DNA of 64,000 nucleotides from an uncultured Pelagibacteraceae bacterium (GTDB lineage Bacteria; Pseudomonadota; Alphaproteobacteria; Pelagibacterales; Pelagibacteraceae): positions 288,717 to 352,716 of the forward strand of contig CACMIX010000001.1 of NCBI GenBank assembly GCA_902613855.1, read 5' to 3'. Under the pieces are notes generated by a model. That model was not told the DNA's origin, ran no database searches, and worked only from the letters and a program-made list of their open reading frames with translations. Positions within the stretch are counted from its first letter, which is position 1. Every line of letters begins with the position of its first letter. This document shows, piece after piece, positions 49,545 to 61,940 of this stretch. A program made the translations under genes and the position numbers.

Positions 49545-49555
49545 ATTAAATATAA

Positions 49556-52500
49556 ATGCAATTATCTTTTACTGAAAAGAAAAATATAAGAAAAAGTTTT
49601 GGAAAACTAAAAGAAAGTTTATCAATACCAAATTTAATAGAAGTTCAAAAAAACTCATACAAAGAATTAACTGAATTTAATTCTGAAATAACAGATTTGA
49701 CCAAAGGGTTTGATAGAGTTTTTAAAAGTATATTTCCTATTGAAGATTTAAACGATAAAGCAACATTAGAATATGTTTCATATAGATTAGAAAAACCAAA
49801 ATTTGATGTTGAAGAATGTATTACTAGAGGACTTACTTACTCATCAGCTTTAAAGTGCACTTTAAGATTAGTTGTTTATGAAATAGATCAAGATAACAAT
49901 ACAAAAGATATTTTGTCCGCTAAAGAGCAAGAAGTTTACATGGGAGAAGTTCCAATGATGACAAATAGTGGAACATTTATTACTAATGGTGTTCAACGTG
50001 TTGTAGTGAACCAGATGCATAGAAGTCCTGGTGTTTTCTTTGATCATGACAAAGGCAAAACCCATGCAAGTGGTAAACTTTTATTTAATTGTCGGGTTAT
50101 ACCAAACAGGGGATCTTGGTTAGATTTTGAATACGATGTGAAAGATTTTTTATATTTCAAAATAGACAGAAAAAAGAAAATTTTTGCATCCACTTTACTT
50201 TTGGCACTTGGATATACTAAAGCTGAAATTGCAGACGAGTTTTATGAAAACGAACAGTATACTTATGATGCTAAAACAGAAAAATGGAAAACAAAGTTTA
50301 ATCCTGAAAATTACAAAGCTAAAAACTTTGCTGAAGAAGTAATCGATGCAAAAACTGGTGAAGTTGTAATAAAATTAGGTGATAAAATTAATTTCTTAAA
50401 TGCAAAAAAATTAGCAAATGACGGATTAAAGGATATTTTAGTTTCAAGAGAATCTTTATTCGGTAAAATTTTACATAGAGATATCAAAGTTAATGATGAG
50501 GAAGAGGGAACATTTAAAATTGGTACCGAATTAAATGATACAGTAATCCAACAAATTTTAGACGCAAATATTTACTCAATTCAGATTTCAGTTACAAACT
50601 CAATTAATAAAGGTCCTTATTTGCTTACTACAATTTTGAATGACAAAAATAATTCAAAAGACGAAGCAATAACTGAAGTTTATAAAATGTTAAGACCTGG
50701 TGAGCCACCAACAATAGAAATTGCTACGCAGATATTTAATAACTTATTCTTCAGCTCAGACAGATACGATTTGTCTGATGTAGGTAGAGTGAAAATGAAT
50801 TCTAGATTAAATCAAGAATGTTCTGATAAAATTACAATTCTAAGAAATGATGACATTATAGCGATTGTTCATAAAATGTTGGATTTAAGAGATGGTAAAG
50901 ATGAAGTTGATGATATTGATCATTTAGGAAATAGAAGAGTTCGTTCTGTTGGCGAGTTGGTTGAAAACCAAGCTCGTATAGGTGTTTATAGAATGGAAAG
51001 AGCAATCAAAGAAAAGATGACTACTTTAGATGTAGAGTCTGCAATGCCACAAGACCTTATTAACGCAAAACCTTTAACAGTTTCTCTAAAAGACTTTTTT
51101 GCAAGTTCACAACTTTCACAATTTATGGATCAAACAAATCCTCTTTCTGAAATTACTCACAAAAGAAGAGTATCAGCATTAGGACCTGGTGGTCTTACTA
51201 GAGAAAGAGCAGGATTTGAAGTTCGTGATGTTCACCCAACTCACTATGGTAGAATTTGCCCGATCGAAACTCCAGAAGGACCAAACATTGGTTTAATTAA
51301 CAGTTTATCTACTTATGCAAAAATTAATAAGTATGGTTTTATTGAAAGTCCATATAAAAAAGTTAAAGACGGAGTTGTTCAAGATAAAGTAGAATATCTT
51401 TCTGCAATGGAAGAAACCAAATACACTATTGCACAAGCAAATACCAAACTTGATAAAAATGGAAAAATTATTGAAGACCTAGTTTCATGTAGGCAGAATT
51501 TAAACTTTCTTTTATCTAAACCAGACACTATTGATTATATTGATGTATCACCTAAACAACTTGTTTCAGTTGCAGCATCTTTAATTCCTTTTTTAGAGAA
51601 TGATGACGCTAACAGAGCTCTCATGGGTTCAAACATGATGAGACAGGCTGTTCCTTTACTAAAACCAGAGTCACCACTTGTTGGAACTGGTATTGAAAGT
51701 GACGTTGCATTAGACTCTGGTGTAACAATTGTAGCAAAAAGAGATGGTATTGTTGATAAAATTGATGGAAAAAGAATTGTTATTAAAGTTACGGAGGAAA
51801 CAGATTTTAGTGAGTCTGGTGTGGATATCTACAATTTGCAAAAATTTAAAAGATCAAATCAAAATACTTGTATAAATCAAAGACCATTAGTAAGAGTTGG
51901 TGATAAAGTTAAATCTGGAGATATAATTGCTGATGGACCTTCAACGAAATTAGGTGAATTAGCTTTAGGAAAAAATGTAACTGTAGCCTTTATGCCTTGG
52001 CAAGGGTACAATTTTGAAGACTCTATCTTAATTTCTGAGAGATGTGTAACCGACGATGTATTTACTTCGGTTCACATAGAAGAGTATGAAATTATGGCAA
52101 GAGACACTAAACTTGGTGAAGAAGAAATTACAAGAGATATTCCAAATGTTAATGAGGAAGCTTTAAAAAACCTTGATGAATCAGGAGTTGTTTACATTGG
52201 TGCGGAAGTAAATGCAGGCGATATTTTAGTAGGAAAAGTTACTCCAAAAGGTGACTCAGCATCAGGTCCAGAAGAAAAATTATTAAGATCAATATTTGGT
52301 GAAAAAGCAATTGATGTAACTGATACATCTTTAAGAATGTCTCGAGGAAGTAGTGGAACAATTGTCGATGTAAGAGTATTTAATAGACACGGTATTGAAA
52401 AAGATGAAAGATCAATAACTATCGAAAGAGCTGAAATAGAGGAAGTTCAGCAAGATAAAATAGTTGAAGAAGAAATCTTAGAAAGAAGTATCAAGCAAAG

Positions 52501-53644
52501 AGCAGGTCAAATTTTATCTGGAACATCATTAGGTAAAAAAGTTAAAGATTTATCCGAAGGTACAAAACTAGACTTTGAGGCCATAAGCAATCTTCCTATT
52601 AATGATGTTTTCAAAATTTCAAATGGAAATGCAGCAAATGAAACAACTCTTTTACAATTAAAAGACCAGTACAATAAAGCCAAGCAAGATATTACCGAAA
52701 GGTTTGAGGATAAAGTTCTTAAAATCAGAAGTGGAGACGACTTACTCCCAAGCGTAATGAAAATGGTAAAAGTTTTTGTCGCAATTAAAAGAAGATTAAG
52801 ACCAGGTGATAAAATGTCTGGAAGACATGGAAACAAAGGTGTAGTTAGTAAAATTGTTCCAGTAGAAGATATGCCTTACCGTGAAGATGGCAGACCAGTT
52901 GATATTGTTCTTAATCCCTTAGGTGTACCTAGTAGGATGAATGTAGGTCAAATTTTAGAAACTCACCTAGGTTGGGCTTGCAAAGAATTTGGGGAAGAAG
53001 TTAAGAAATTAGTAAATGAGAACAGTAAAAAAATTGAAAAAACTGAGAAAATTGCAAGTTTTTTAAAATCTGTTTATGGAGAAGAAATTTTTAACGATAA
53101 GGTTGATAAATTAAGTAAAAATGAATTTAAGGATTTGTGTGAAAATTTACAAAACGGAATAGCAATCTCAACTCCAGTATTTGATGGAGCTAAAGAAAAA
53201 AATGTTACCGAAATGCTTGAATTAGCAAAATTACCAGGTTCTGGTCAAACATATTTATGGGATGGAAGAACAGGTGAGAAATTTGATAGACCAGTAACAG
53301 TTGGAATTATTTATATGTTAAAACTTCATCATTTAGTTGAAGATAAAATACATGCAAGATCAACAGGACCTTACAGTTTGGTTACACAACAACCCCTTGG
53401 AGGTAAAGCTCAACTTGGTGGTCAAAGATTTGGTGAAATGGAAGTTTGGGCACTGGAGGCTTATGGAGCTTCATACACTCTTCAAGAAATTTTGACCGTT
53501 AAGTCTGATGACGTAGCTGGTAGAGTTAAAGTTTACGAGACAATCGTTAAAGGTGAGGAGAACTTTGAGTCAGGTATTCCAGAGTCCTTTAACGTATTGG
53601 TAAAAGAAATTAAATCATTAGCATTAAACGTGGAGCTTAATTAA
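49556..53644 (+). CDS. rpoB: DNA-directed RNA polymerase subunit beta
   Basis: 1362 aa with conserved regions including [34 protein letters not shown] and [13 protein letters not shown]. Confidence 0.99.
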   Translation: MQLSFTEKKNIRKSFGKLKESLSIPNLIEVQKNSYKELTEFNSEITDLTKGFDRVFKSIFPIEDLNDKATLEYVSYRLEKPKFDVEECITRGLTYSSALKCTLRLVVYEIDQDNNTKDILSAKEQEVYMGEVPMMTNSGTFITNGVQRVVVNQMHRSPGVFFDHDKGKTHASGKLLFNCRVIPNRGSWLDFEYDVKDFLYFKIDRKKKIFASTLLLALGYTKAEIADEFYENEQYTYDAKTEKWKTKFNPENYKAKNFAEEVIDAKTGEVVIKLGDKINFLNAKKLANDGLKDILVSRESLFGKILHRDIKVNDEEEGTFKIGTELNDTVIQQILDANIYSIQISVTNSINKGPYLLTTILNDKNNSKDEAITEVYKMLRPGEPPTIEIATQIFNNLFFSSDRYDLSDVGRVKMNSRLNQECSDKITILRNDDIIAIVHKMLDLRDGKDEVDDIDHLGNRRVRSVGELVENQARIGVYRMERAIKEKMTTLDVESAMPQDLINAKPLTVSLKDFFASSQLSQFMDQTNPLSEITHKRRVSALGPGGLTRERAGFEVRDVHPTHYGRICPIETPEGPNIGLINSLSTYAKINKYGFIESPYKKVKDGVVQDKVEYLSAMEETKYTIAQANTKLDKNGKIIEDLVSCRQNLNFLLSKPDTIDYIDVSPKQLVSVAASLIPFLENDDANRALMGSNMMRQAVPLLKPESPLVGTGIESDVALDSGVTIVAKRDGIVDKIDGKRIVIKVTEETDFSESGVDIYNLQKFKRSNQNTCINQRPLVRVGDKVKSGDIIADGPSTKLGELALGKNVTVAFMPWQGYNFEDSILISERCVTDDVFTSVHIEEYEIMARDTKLGEEEITRDIPNVNEEALKNLDESGVVYIGAEVNAGDILVGKVTPKGDSASGPEEKLLRSIFGEKAIDVTDTSLRMSRGSSGTIVDVRVFNRHGIEKDERSITIERAEIEEVQQDKIVEEEILERSIKQRAGQILSGTSLGKKVKDLSEGTKLDFEAISNLPINDVFKISNGNAANETTLLQLKDQYNKAKQDITERFEDKVLKIRSGDDLLPSVMKMVKVFVAIKRRLRPGDKMSGRHGNKGVVSKIVPVEDMPYREDGRPVDIVLNPLGVPSRMNVGQILETHLGWACKEFGEEVKKLVNENSKKIEKTEKIASFLKSVYGEEIFNDKVDKLSKNEFKDLCENLQNGIAISTPVFDGAKEKNVTEMLELAKLPGSGQTYLWDGRTGEKFDRPVTVGIIYMLKLHHLVEDKIHARSTGPYSLVTQQPLGGKAQLGGQRFGEMEVWALEAYGASYTLQEILTVKSDDVAGRVKVYETIVKGEENFESGIPESFNVLVKEIKSLALNVELN

Positions 53645-56600
53645 ATGAAAAAAGAATTAACAGATTTATTTAAAAATACTGAAATATCCGAAGCTCAAAA
53701 TTTTAATAGTATTAAAATTTCTCTTGCTAGTCCTGAAAAAATTAAATCTTGGACCTATGGTGAAATTAAAAAACCTGAAACAATTAACTATAGAACGTTC
53801 AGACCTGAAAAAGATGGTTTATTTTGCGCAAGAATTTTTGGTCCAATTAAAGATTACGAATGTTTGTGTGGAAAATACAAACGAATGAAATTTAGAGGTA
53901 TTATTTGTGAGAAATGTGGCGTTGAAGTTACAAAATCAAATGTAAGAAGAGAAAGAATGGGCCATATTAATCTTGCTACACCAGTAGCACATATATGGTT
54001 TTTAAAATCACTACCTAGTAGAATTGCACTCGCTGTTGATATGAAGCTTAAAGAAATAGAGAGAGTTCTTTATTTTGAGAATTTTATTGTCATAGAACCT
54101 GGTTTAACTGGACTACAAAAAAATCAATTATTAAATGAAGAAGAATTAGCAAAATATCAAGATGAGTTTGGTGAAGAGTCGTTTACTGCAGGAATAGGTG
54201 CTGAAGCGGTTCTTGAGATGCTTAAGAATTTAGATTTAGAGCAAGAGAGAAAAAATTTAGTTAATTTTATTAAAGAAACAAAATCAAAAGTAAACGAGGA
54301 AAGAGCTATTAAAAGACTAAAACTTGTTGAGTCATTTATTGAGACTGGTCAAAAACCTGAGTGGATGATTATGACAGTTGTACCTGTAATTCCACCTGAA
54401 TTGAGACCACTTGTTCCATTAGATGGTGGTAGATTTGCAACTTCCGATCTGAATGATCTTTATAGAAGAGTAATCAATAGAAATAATAGATTAAAAAGAT
54501 TAATGGATCTTAAAGCTCCAGATATTATTGTTCGAAACGAAAAAAGAATGCTCCAAGAATCAGTTGACGCATTATTTGACAACGGACGAAGAGGAAGAGT
54601 AATTACTGGTACAGGAAAAAGACCTCTTAAATCACTTGCCGAAATGCTTAAAGGCAAGCAAGGTAGGTTTAGACAAAACTTATTAGGAAAACGTGTAGAT
54701 TACTCTGGTAGATCTGTAATTGTTGTTGGTCCAGATTTAAAACTTCATGAGTGTGGCTTACCTAAAAAAATGGCTTTAGAATTATTTAAACCATTCTTGT
54801 ATGCAAGATTAAATAAACTAGGTTTAGCCTCAACAATTAAGCAGGCCAAAAAACTTGTTGAAAAAGAAACCAATGCAGTTTGGGATGCACTTGAGTTAAT
54901 TGTAAGAGAGCACCCAGTATTACTAAATAGAGCACCGACACTTCATAGGCTTGGTGTACAAGCATTTGAACCAAAATTAATTGAGGGAGATGCAATTGAA
55001 CTTCACCCTTTAACATGTGCAGCATTTAATGCTGATTTTGATGGTGACCAGATGGCGGTACACGTACCTTTGAGTTTAGAAGCTCAGTTAGAGGCAAGAA
55101 TTTTAATGTTATCGACTAATAACATTCTTTCACCTTCAAATGGTAAACCTATTATTGTTCCAAGTCAGGATATGATCTTAGGAATTTATTACCTATCGCA
55201 AGAGCCAGTTACTGATAAACCAGCTGGTTATTTTGTTGATTCTGATCAAATTGAATTTGCATTATCTTCTGGTCAGATAAAGGTACACAGTACAATCATA
55301 TCTAGATTTGAAACTGTTGATGATAAAGGAAATAAAAAATTTGAAAAATATACTTCAACGGCTGGAAGATTCTTACTAGCAAATTTATTACCGAAAAATA
55401 GTAATATTAAATTCTCTTTAATAGATAGATTACTACCTAAAAAAGTAGTTTCTGAAATTATTGATATTGTCTTTAGATTTTGTGGACAAAAAACTACAGT
55501 TATATTCTGTGATAAATTAAAAGATCTAGGATTTAAGCATGCGTTTAAAGCTGGAATATCATTTGGAAAAGATGATCTGGTAATTCCTGAGAGTAAAACA
55601 CAATTAATTGATGATACTAAAAAATTAATTGCAGACTATGAAACACAGTATGCAGAAGGATTAATTACAAGAGGTGAAAAATACAACAAGGTTGTTGATG
55701 CTTGGTCTAAGTGTACAGATAAAGTAGCTGGTGAAATGATGAAAGGTATTTCTGCAACTGAGAAAACATTAGAGGGATTAAAAATTAATTCAGTATTCAT
55801 GATGGCTGATAGTGGTGCAAGAGGTTCTGCTGCCCAAATGAAGCAATTAGCTGGAATGCGTGGCCTAATTGCAAAACCATCTGGGGAAATCATTGAAAGT
55901 CCAATTATTTCTAACTTTAAAGAAGGTTTAACAGCTTTAGAATATTTTAATTCAACTCACGGAGCAAGAAAAGGTCTAGCTGATACCGCACTTAAGACTG
56001 CGAGTTCCGGTTATTTAACAAGAAGACTTTGTGATGTTGCACAGGATTTAACTGTAACTAAAAAAGTATGTGACTGTAAAAAACCAGGTTTCATTGAATT
56101 ATCTGAAATTTTAGAGGGTGGAAACGTTGTAGTTAGTTTATCAGAAAGAGCTTTGGGAAGAGTTACTTTCGATGAAGTTAAGCATCCTTTAACAGGTGAA
56201 GTAATTATTAAAAAAGAAGAAATGATTGATGAGGCAGGCTGCGATAAAATTGATGCAGCAGGGGTAAAAGCAATTAAGGTTTATTCTGTAATGACTTGTG
56301 GATCTAAAGAGGGTGTCTGTGCAACTTCTTACGGAAGAGATTTATCTAGAGGTAAAATGGTGCATGTGGGCGAGGCAATTGGTATGATTTCTGCTCAATC
56401 TATTGGTGAACCAGGAACTCAATTAACAATGAGAACTTTCCATGTTGGTGGTACAGCATCTGTTAAACAAGATTCTCAAATTGTAACTAAGAATGAAGGA
56501 ACATTAAAAATTTTAAATTCAAATATTCTTGAAGACTCTAAGAAAAATTTAATTGTAATGGGAAGAAATACACAGCTTTCTATTGAGGATGACAATGGAG

Positions 56601-57823
56601 TTCAAATAGCAGTTTATAAAGTTGCTTATGGTTCAAGATTATTTTTTAATAATGGTGATAAAGTTAAAGCAAATACGAAAATTTGTGAGTGGGATCCATA
56701 TACAACACCGGTTATAGCTGAGAAAAGTGGTGAAGCTAGTTTTGTTGATTTGATAGACGGTGTTTCTATTCAAGAAACTACTGATGATGCAACTGGAATA
56801 TCTTCTAAATCTGTAATTGACTGGAGAGGTCAATCAAAAAGTACTGATTTAAAACCAAGAATTACTTTAAGAGATGAAAAAGGAAACGTAATTAAAAAGG
56901 CAGATGATAATGAAGCAAGATACTATTTAGTACCAGATTCAATTTTATCTATAAAAGATGGACAAAAAGTTTTTGCAGGAGATGTTATTGCAAGATTACC
57001 TAAAGAGACTACCAAAACAAAAGATATCACTGGTGGTCTTCCAAGAGTTGCAGAACTATTTGAAGCAAGAAAAGCTAAAGACAGTGCAATTATTGCTGAA
57101 AATGATGGTCAAGTAGTTTTTGGTAAAGAGGTTAGAGGAAAACAAAGAGTTTCAATAGTACCTGAGGATGGAGCAGAACCTTCAAATTATTTAATACCAA
57201 AAGGTAAGCACATTAACTTTAACCCTGGTGAAAAAATTCAAAAAGGTGAATATCTTCTTGATGGTCAGCCATTACCACATGACATACTAAGAATATTAGG
57301 AATAAAAGAATTAACTGAATATTTTGTCAATCAAGTTCAAGAAGTCTACAGATTACAAGGTGTAATTATCAACGATAAACACATTGAAACTATTTTAAGA
57401 CAAATGTTGAAAAAAGTTGAGGTTAAAGTATCTGGAGATTCATCATATTTACCGGGTGAAATTGTGGATAGAATTAAATTTGAAAATACAAATGAAAAAT
57501 TAGTTGCAGACGGCAAAGATCCAGCTGTTGGTGAAAGAGTATTGATGGGTATCACTAAAGCATCATTGCAAACAGAGTCATTTATTTCTGCAGCATCATT
57601 CCAAGAAACCACAAGAGTGTTAACCGATGCAGCTATTAAAGGTAAAGTTGATCCATTAAACGGTCTTAAAGAGAACGTTATCGTTGGTAGATTGGTACCT
57701 GCTGGAACTGGAAATATTAAAAATAATTGGAACAAAAAAGCTCTTAAGGATGATAATGAGTTCTTATCAGAACAAGAAAAAATTGAGAGCTCAGAACCTT
57801 CTGAAACACAAGCAAATCAGTAA
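53645..57823 (+). CDS. rpoC: DNA-directed RNA polymerase subunit beta'
   Basis: 1392 aa. Zn-binding [20 protein letters not shown] and catalytic NADFDGDQM. Confidence 0.99.
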   Translation: MKKELTDLFKNTEISEAQNFNSIKISLASPEKIKSWTYGEIKKPETINYRTFRPEKDGLFCARIFGPIKDYECLCGKYKRMKFRGIICEKCGVEVTKSNVRRERMGHINLATPVAHIWFLKSLPSRIALAVDMKLKEIERVLYFENFIVIEPGLTGLQKNQLLNEEELAKYQDEFGEESFTAGIGAEAVLEMLKNLDLEQERKNLVNFIKETKSKVNEERAIKRLKLVESFIETGQKPEWMIMTVVPVIPPELRPLVPLDGGRFATSDLNDLYRRVINRNNRLKRLMDLKAPDIIVRNEKRMLQESVDALFDNGRRGRVITGTGKRPLKSLAEMLKGKQGRFRQNLLGKRVDYSGRSVIVVGPDLKLHECGLPKKMALELFKPFLYARLNKLGLASTIKQAKKLVEKETNAVWDALELIVREHPVLLNRAPTLHRLGVQAFEPKLIEGDAIELHPLTCAAFNADFDGDQMAVHVPLSLEAQLEARILMLSTNNILSPSNGKPIIVPSQDMILGIYYLSQEPVTDKPAGYFVDSDQIEFALSSGQIKVHSTIISRFETVDDKGNKKFEKYTSTAGRFLLANLLPKNSNIKFSLIDRLLPKKVVSEIIDIVFRFCGQKTTVIFCDKLKDLGFKHAFKAGISFGKDDLVIPESKTQLIDDTKKLIADYETQYAEGLITRGEKYNKVVDAWSKCTDKVAGEMMKGISATEKTLEGLKINSVFMMADSGARGSAAQMKQLAGMRGLIAKPSGEIIESPIISNFKEGLTALEYFNSTHGARKGLADTALKTASSGYLTRRLCDVAQDLTVTKKVCDCKKPGFIELSEILEGGNVVVSLSERALGRVTFDEVKHPLTGEVIIKKEEMIDEAGCDKIDAAGVKAIKVYSVMTCGSKEGVCATSYGRDLSRGKMVHVGEAIGMISAQSIGEPGTQLTMRTFHVGGTASVKQDSQIVTKNEGTLKILNSNILEDSKKNLIVMGRNTQLSIEDDNGVQIAVYKVAYGSRLFFNNGDKVKANTKICEWDPYTTPVIAEKSGEASFVDLIDGVSIQETTDDATGISSKSVIDWRGQSKSTDLKPRITLRDEKGNVIKKADDNEARYYLVPDSILSIKDGQKVFAGDVIARLPKETTKTKDITGGLPRVAELFEARKAKDSAIIAENDGQVVFGKEVRGKQRVSIVPEDGAEPSNYLIPKGKHINFNPGEKIQKGEYLLDGQPLPHDILRILGIKELTEYFVNQVQEVYRLQGVIINDKHIETILRQMLKKVEVKVSGDSSYLPGEIVDRIKFENTNEKLVADGKDPAVGERVLMGITKASLQTESFISAASFQETTRVLTDAAIKGKVDPLNGLKENVIVGRLVPAGTGNIKNNWNKKALKDDNEFLSEQEKIESSEPSETQANQ

Positions 57824-57852
57824 AAAAATCGCCTAATACTTGAACTTTTAGT

Positions 57853-57880
57853 TTGACAATAGTTAATTAATAAGTAATTT
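57853..57880 (+). promoter_or_regulatory. candidate sigma70-type promoter for the rpsL-rpsG-fusA-S10 string
   Basis: TTGACA (57853-57858), 16 nt, TAATTT (57875-57880). It lies in the only sizeable spacer (166 nt) of the ribosomal cluster. Confidence 0.3.
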
Positions 57881-57933
57881 GGCGATGTTTTTGGTTGGAA
57901 TGTAGTGCTTCTAACAGTACTAAACGCTGCCAC

Positions 57934-57955
57934 AAAATAACCTGTCAGTTATTTT
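57934..57955 (+). promoter_or_regulatory. perfect 8-bp hairpin in the rpsL 5' leader
   Basis: AAAATAAC (57934-57941), loop CTGTCA, GTTATTTT (57948-57955). It ends 35 nt before the rpsL ATG. Confidence 0.3.
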
Positions 57956-57989
57956 CATCTAAAAATAAACTAATTAACTTTAAAAATTT

Positions 57990-58361
57990 ATGCCAACAAT
58001 TAACCAATTGTTAAGAAAAAAAAGAGTCAAACAAGTATCCAGGAACAAAGTTCCTGCTTTACAAAAACAACCTTTGAAAAGAGGTGTTTGTGTTAAAGTT
58101 TATACGACTACTCCAAAGAAGCCTAATTCAGCTTTAAGAAAAGTCGCAAGAGTAAGACTATCAAATGGTTTTGAAGTTACAGCTTATATTCCAGGTGAAG
58201 GTCATAATTTACAAGAACACTCTGTAGTTCTAATTAGAGGCGGAAGGGTAAAAGATTTACCGGGTGTTAGGTATCATATCCTTAGAGGTAATCTTGATAC
58301 TCAAGGCGTTGCTAACAGAAAACAAAGAAGATCTTTGTACGGAACAAAAAAAGGTAAGTAA
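57990..58361 (+). CDS. rpsL: 30S ribosomal protein S12
   Basis: 123 aa. [12 protein letters not shown] and [14 protein letters not shown]. Confidence 0.99.
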   Translation: MPTINQLLRKKRVKQVSRNKVPALQKQPLKRGVCVKVYTTTPKKPNSALRKVARVRLSNGFEVTAYIPGEGHNLQEHSVVLIRGGRVKDLPGVRYHILRGNLDTQGVANRKQRRSLYGTKKGK

Positions 58362-58831
58362 TGTCTAGAAAAAAAACTCAACCAAAAAAAAATGTTGTTC
58401 CAGATCCAAAATTTAACTCAACAATAATTCCAAAACTAATCAACAATATTATGTACGACGGCAAAAGGGGTGTTGCTGCTAAAATTGTTTATGATGCAAT
58501 AGATAAAATTAAAACCAAAAGTAAAGACGAGCCAATTAATATTTTTAATGAAGCTATAAACAATATCAAGCCAACTGTAGAAGTTAGATCAAGAAGAGTT
58601 GGTGGTGCAACTTATCAAGTACCTGTTGAGGTAAAAAGTAAAAGAGCACAAGCTTTAGCAATTAGATGGTTAGTAGATTCAGCAAGAAAAAGAAAAGATA
58701 AACATATGTCAGATAAAATTTTTAATGAACTTTACGATGCATATGAAAAAAAAGGTGCTGCAGTTAAAAAAAGAGAAGATGTTCATAAGATGGCAGAATC
58801 TAACAAGGCTTTTGCACATTTTAGGTGGTAA
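58361..58831 (+). CDS. rpsG: 30S ribosomal protein S7
   Basis: 156 aa. VEVRSRRVGGATYQVPVEV. Confidence 0.99.
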   Translation: MSRKKTQPKKNVVPDPKFNSTIIPKLINNIMYDGKRGVAAKIVYDAIDKIKTKSKDEPINIFNEAINNIKPTVEVRSRRVGGATYQVPVEVKSKRAQALAIRWLVDSARKRKDKHMSDKIFNELYDAYEKKGAAVKKREDVHKMAESNKAFAHFRW

Positions 58832-58837
58832 AAAATT

Positions 58838-60916
58838 ATGGCTAGAACTCATACTTTAGATAAATATAGAAATATTGGGATCATGGCCCACATAGATGCT
58901 GGTAAGACAACGACTACTGAAAGAGTTTTATATTACACTGGTAAAAGTCATAAAATTGGAGAAGTTCATGATGGCGCTGCAACAATGGATTGGATGGAGC
59001 AAGAGCAAGAAAGAGGAATTACAATTACATCAGCAGCAACTACTTGTTTTTGGAATGATCATAGAATTAATATAATCGATACTCCAGGTCATGTAGATTT
59101 TACAATCGAAGTTGAAAGATCACTTAAAGTTTTAGATGGAGCTGTTGCTGTATTTGATGGTGTAGCCGGTGTAGAGCCACAATCAGAAACTGTATGGAGA
59201 CAAGCAGATAAATATAAAGTTCCTCGAATTTGTTTTGTAAATAAACTCGACAGAACTGGCGCAGACTTCTTTAGATGCGTAGACATGATTAGAGATAGAT
59301 TAGGTGCAAAACCTTTAGTTCTTCAGGTTCCGATAGGTGCAGAAGCTTCTTTAACAGGTGTAGTTGATTTAGTAAAAATGAAAGCACAAGTATGGAAAAA
59401 CGAAGCTCTGGGAGCAGAATGGGAATATAAAGATATCCCAGATGATTTAAAAGAAATTTCAGAAAAATATAGAACAGAATTAGTTGAAACAGCTGTTGAG
59501 CAAGATGAAAAGCTTATGGAAGCTTATTTAAATGGAGATGAAATCAAAGAGGAAGATTTAATTAAATGCATAAGAAGTGGAACTCTAAATTTTAGTTTTG
59601 TACCAGTTTTAACTGGTTCTGCATTTAAAAACAAAGGTGTACAGCCTTTACTTGATGCTGTTGTACATTATTTACCAAGTCCCGTTGATATTGGTTCTAT
59701 TAAAGGAACAAAATTAGGGTCTGAAGATGAGATGGAAATGAAATTTGATGATAATGTACCATTTTCAGCTTTAGCTTTTAAAGTTGCTAACGATCCATTT
59801 GTTGGTTCTTTAACTTTTATAAGAATTTATTCAGGAACAGTTAAAACTGGAACTGCTGTATTTAACTCATCTAAAGAAAAAGAGGAAAGAGTTGGGAGAA
59901 TGCTTTTAATGCATGCAAATTCAAGAGAAGACATTAAAGAAGCTAATGCTGGTGATATAGTTGCTTTAGCTGGATTAAAAAATACCATTACTGGTCATAC
60001 TTTATGTGACGAGGAAAATTCGGTTTTACTTGAACCTATGGAATTTCCTGATCCAGTTATCGAAATTGCAGTAGAGCCAAAAACAAAAGCAGACCAAGAA
60101 AAAATGGGTGAAGCTTTAGGGAGATTAGCAAAAGAGGACCCATCATTTAGAGTAACTTCTGATGAAGAGTCTGGTCAAACAATCATTAAAGGTATGGGCG
60201 AGCTACACTTAGACATTATTGTTGATAGAATGAAAAGAGAATTTAAAGTTGAAGCTAATGTTGGTGCTCCTCAAGTTGCATACAGAGAAACAATTGAAGC
60301 TGCTTCTGAGGTTGAATACACACATAAAAAACAAAGTGGAGGAGCAGGACAATTCGCTAAAGTTAAATTATTAGTTGAGCCACAAGAAGCTGGCAAAGGA
60401 AGAGAAGTCGAGAGTAAAATTAAAGGTGGAGCAATACCTAAGGAATTCATACCAGGTGTAGAAAAGGGAATTGAAACAATATCAGATGGTGGAATTTTAG
60501 CTGGTTTTCCAATGATAGATTACAAAGTAACTATTTTAGATGGACTTCATCATGATGTTGACTCAAGTGTGTTAGCTTTTGAATTAGCTAGTAGAGCTTG
60601 TTTCAAAGAAGCGTGTACAAAAGGTGGTTTAAAGTTATTAGAACCAGTGATGAGAGTTGAAGTAGTAACTCCAGAAGATTATATGGGTGATGTTATAGGA
60701 GATCTAAACAGTAGAAGAGGCCAGATTAGCACTCAAGAGCAAAGAGGAAATGCAACTGTAATTACAGCAATGGTACCTTTAGCGAATATGTTTGGATACA
60801 TTAATAATTTAAGATCAATGTCACAAGGTAGAGCCCAATATTCTATGTTTTTTGATCATTATTCTAAAGTCCCACAAAATGTACAGGACGAAGTAACTAA
60901 AAAGATTGCAGGGTAA
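58838..60916 (+). CDS. fusA: elongation factor G
   Basis: 692 aa. [21 protein letters not shown]. Confidence 0.99.
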   Translation: MARTHTLDKYRNIGIMAHIDAGKTTTTERVLYYTGKSHKIGEVHDGAATMDWMEQEQERGITITSAATTCFWNDHRINIIDTPGHVDFTIEVERSLKVLDGAVAVFDGVAGVEPQSETVWRQADKYKVPRICFVNKLDRTGADFFRCVDMIRDRLGAKPLVLQVPIGAEASLTGVVDLVKMKAQVWKNEALGAEWEYKDIPDDLKEISEKYRTELVETAVEQDEKLMEAYLNGDEIKEEDLIKCIRSGTLNFSFVPVLTGSAFKNKGVQPLLDAVVHYLPSPVDIGSIKGTKLGSEDEMEMKFDDNVPFSALAFKVANDPFVGSLTFIRIYSGTVKTGTAVFNSSKEKEERVGRMLLMHANSREDIKEANAGDIVALAGLKNTITGHTLCDEENSVLLEPMEFPDPVIEIAVEPKTKADQEKMGEALGRLAKEDPSFRVTSDEESGQTIIKGMGELHLDIIVDRMKREFKVEANVGAPQVAYRETIEAASEVEYTHKKQSGGAGQFAKVKLLVEPQEAGKGREVESKIKGGAIPKEFIPGVEKGIETISDGGILAGFPMIDYKVTILDGLHHDVDSSVLAFELASRACFKEACTKGGLKLLEPVMRVEVVTPEDYMGDVIGDLNSRRGQISTQEQRGNATVITAMVPLANMFGYINNLRSMSQGRAQYSMFFDHYSKVPQNVQDEVTKKIAG

Positions 60917-60918
60917 TT

Positions 60919-61227
60919 ATGGAAAAACAGAATATTAGAATTAAACTTAGAGCCTACGATAATAAAGTATTAGATGCATCAACTGAGGAAATAGTTAATA
61001 CTGTAAAAAGAACTGGTGCTACAATCAAGGGACCAATTCCTCTACCGACAAGGATAGAGAGATACACTGTACTAAGATCTCCCCATATTGATAAAAAAAG
61101 TAGGGAACAATTTGAGACTAGAACACACAAAAGATTAATAGATATTATTGAACCAACACCACAAACAGTAGAAGCATTAATGAAGTTAGACTTAGCTTCT
61201 GGTGTAGATGTGGAAATAAAAATTTAA
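60919..61227 (+). CDS. rpsJ: 30S ribosomal protein S10
   Basis: 102 aa. [24 protein letters not shown]. Confidence 0.98.
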   Translation: MEKQNIRIKLRAYDNKVLDASTEEIVNTVKRTGATIKGPIPLPTRIERYTVLRSPHIDKKSREQFETRTHKRLIDIIEPTPQTVEALMKLDLASGVDVEIKI

Positions 61228-61229
61228 TT

Positions 61230-61940
61230 ATGAGTGAAATAGCTTTAATAGGTAAAAAAATTGGAATGACTAGAGAATTTTATAAATCTGGTCAGATAGT
61301 GCCGGTTACAGTTTTAAAAGTTGAGAAAGCTAGAGTAATTCAAGTTATTGAAGAAGAAAACCGTGGATATAAAGCAGTACAGCTTGGATATGGTAAGATT
61401 AAAAATTCGAAGCTAACAAAAGCTATGAAAGGTTTTTTTGCTAAAAAAAATACTGAAGCAAAGAAGAAATTGAAAGAATTTAGGGTAAATGACACTTCTG
61501 TATATAAAGAAGGTAATGAGTTCGGTTTGGAAATTTTCAAGGATACTAAATTTGTAGACACAAGATCAAAAACGATTGGTAAAGGTTTTGCAGGTGCTAT
61601 GAAAAGACACAATTTTGGTGGTTTAAGAGCTAGTCATGGAGTATCTATCTCTCACAGAGCACATGGTTCAACAGGTCATAGCCAAGATCCAGGAAAAGTT
61701 TTCAAAGGCAAGAAAATGGCTGGTCATATGGGAGATAAATCAAGAACTATGCAAAATATTGAAATTATCAAAACAGATTTAGAAAACGAACTACTTTATT
61801 TAAAAGGATCAATTCCAGGTTCAAAAAATTCAGAAGTATTGGTTAAGGGTTCAGTAAAAAATATTAGTAAAATGACTATAACTGAAAAATTAGCCGCTGC
61901 TGAACAAGCAAAAAAAACGCCTGATAAAAAGAAAAAATAA
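61230..61940 (+). CDS. rplC: 50S ribosomal protein L3
   Basis: 236 aa. KGKGFAG.MKRHNF and S10-operon order. Confidence 0.97.
   Translation: MSEIALIGKKIGMTREFYKSGQIVPVTVLKVEKARVIQVIEEENRGYKAVQLGYGKIKNSKLTKAMKGFFAKKNTEAKKKLKEFRVNDTSVYKEGNEFGLEIFKDTKFVDTRSKTIGKGFAGAMKRHNFGGLRASHGVSISHRAHGSTGHSQDPGKVFKGKKMAGHMGDKSRTMQNIEIIKTDLENELLYLKGSIPGSKNSEVLVKGSVKNISKMTITEKLAAAEQAKKTPDKKKK

Noticed and set aside
51094-51190. rpoB rifampicin-resistance-determining region differs from E. coli (..[29 protein letters not shown]..).
   Set aside because: The differences (G to A, N to T, I to V) are not at the classic high-level resistance positions (the D516, H526 and S531 equivalents are wild type). They are most likely lineage variation.
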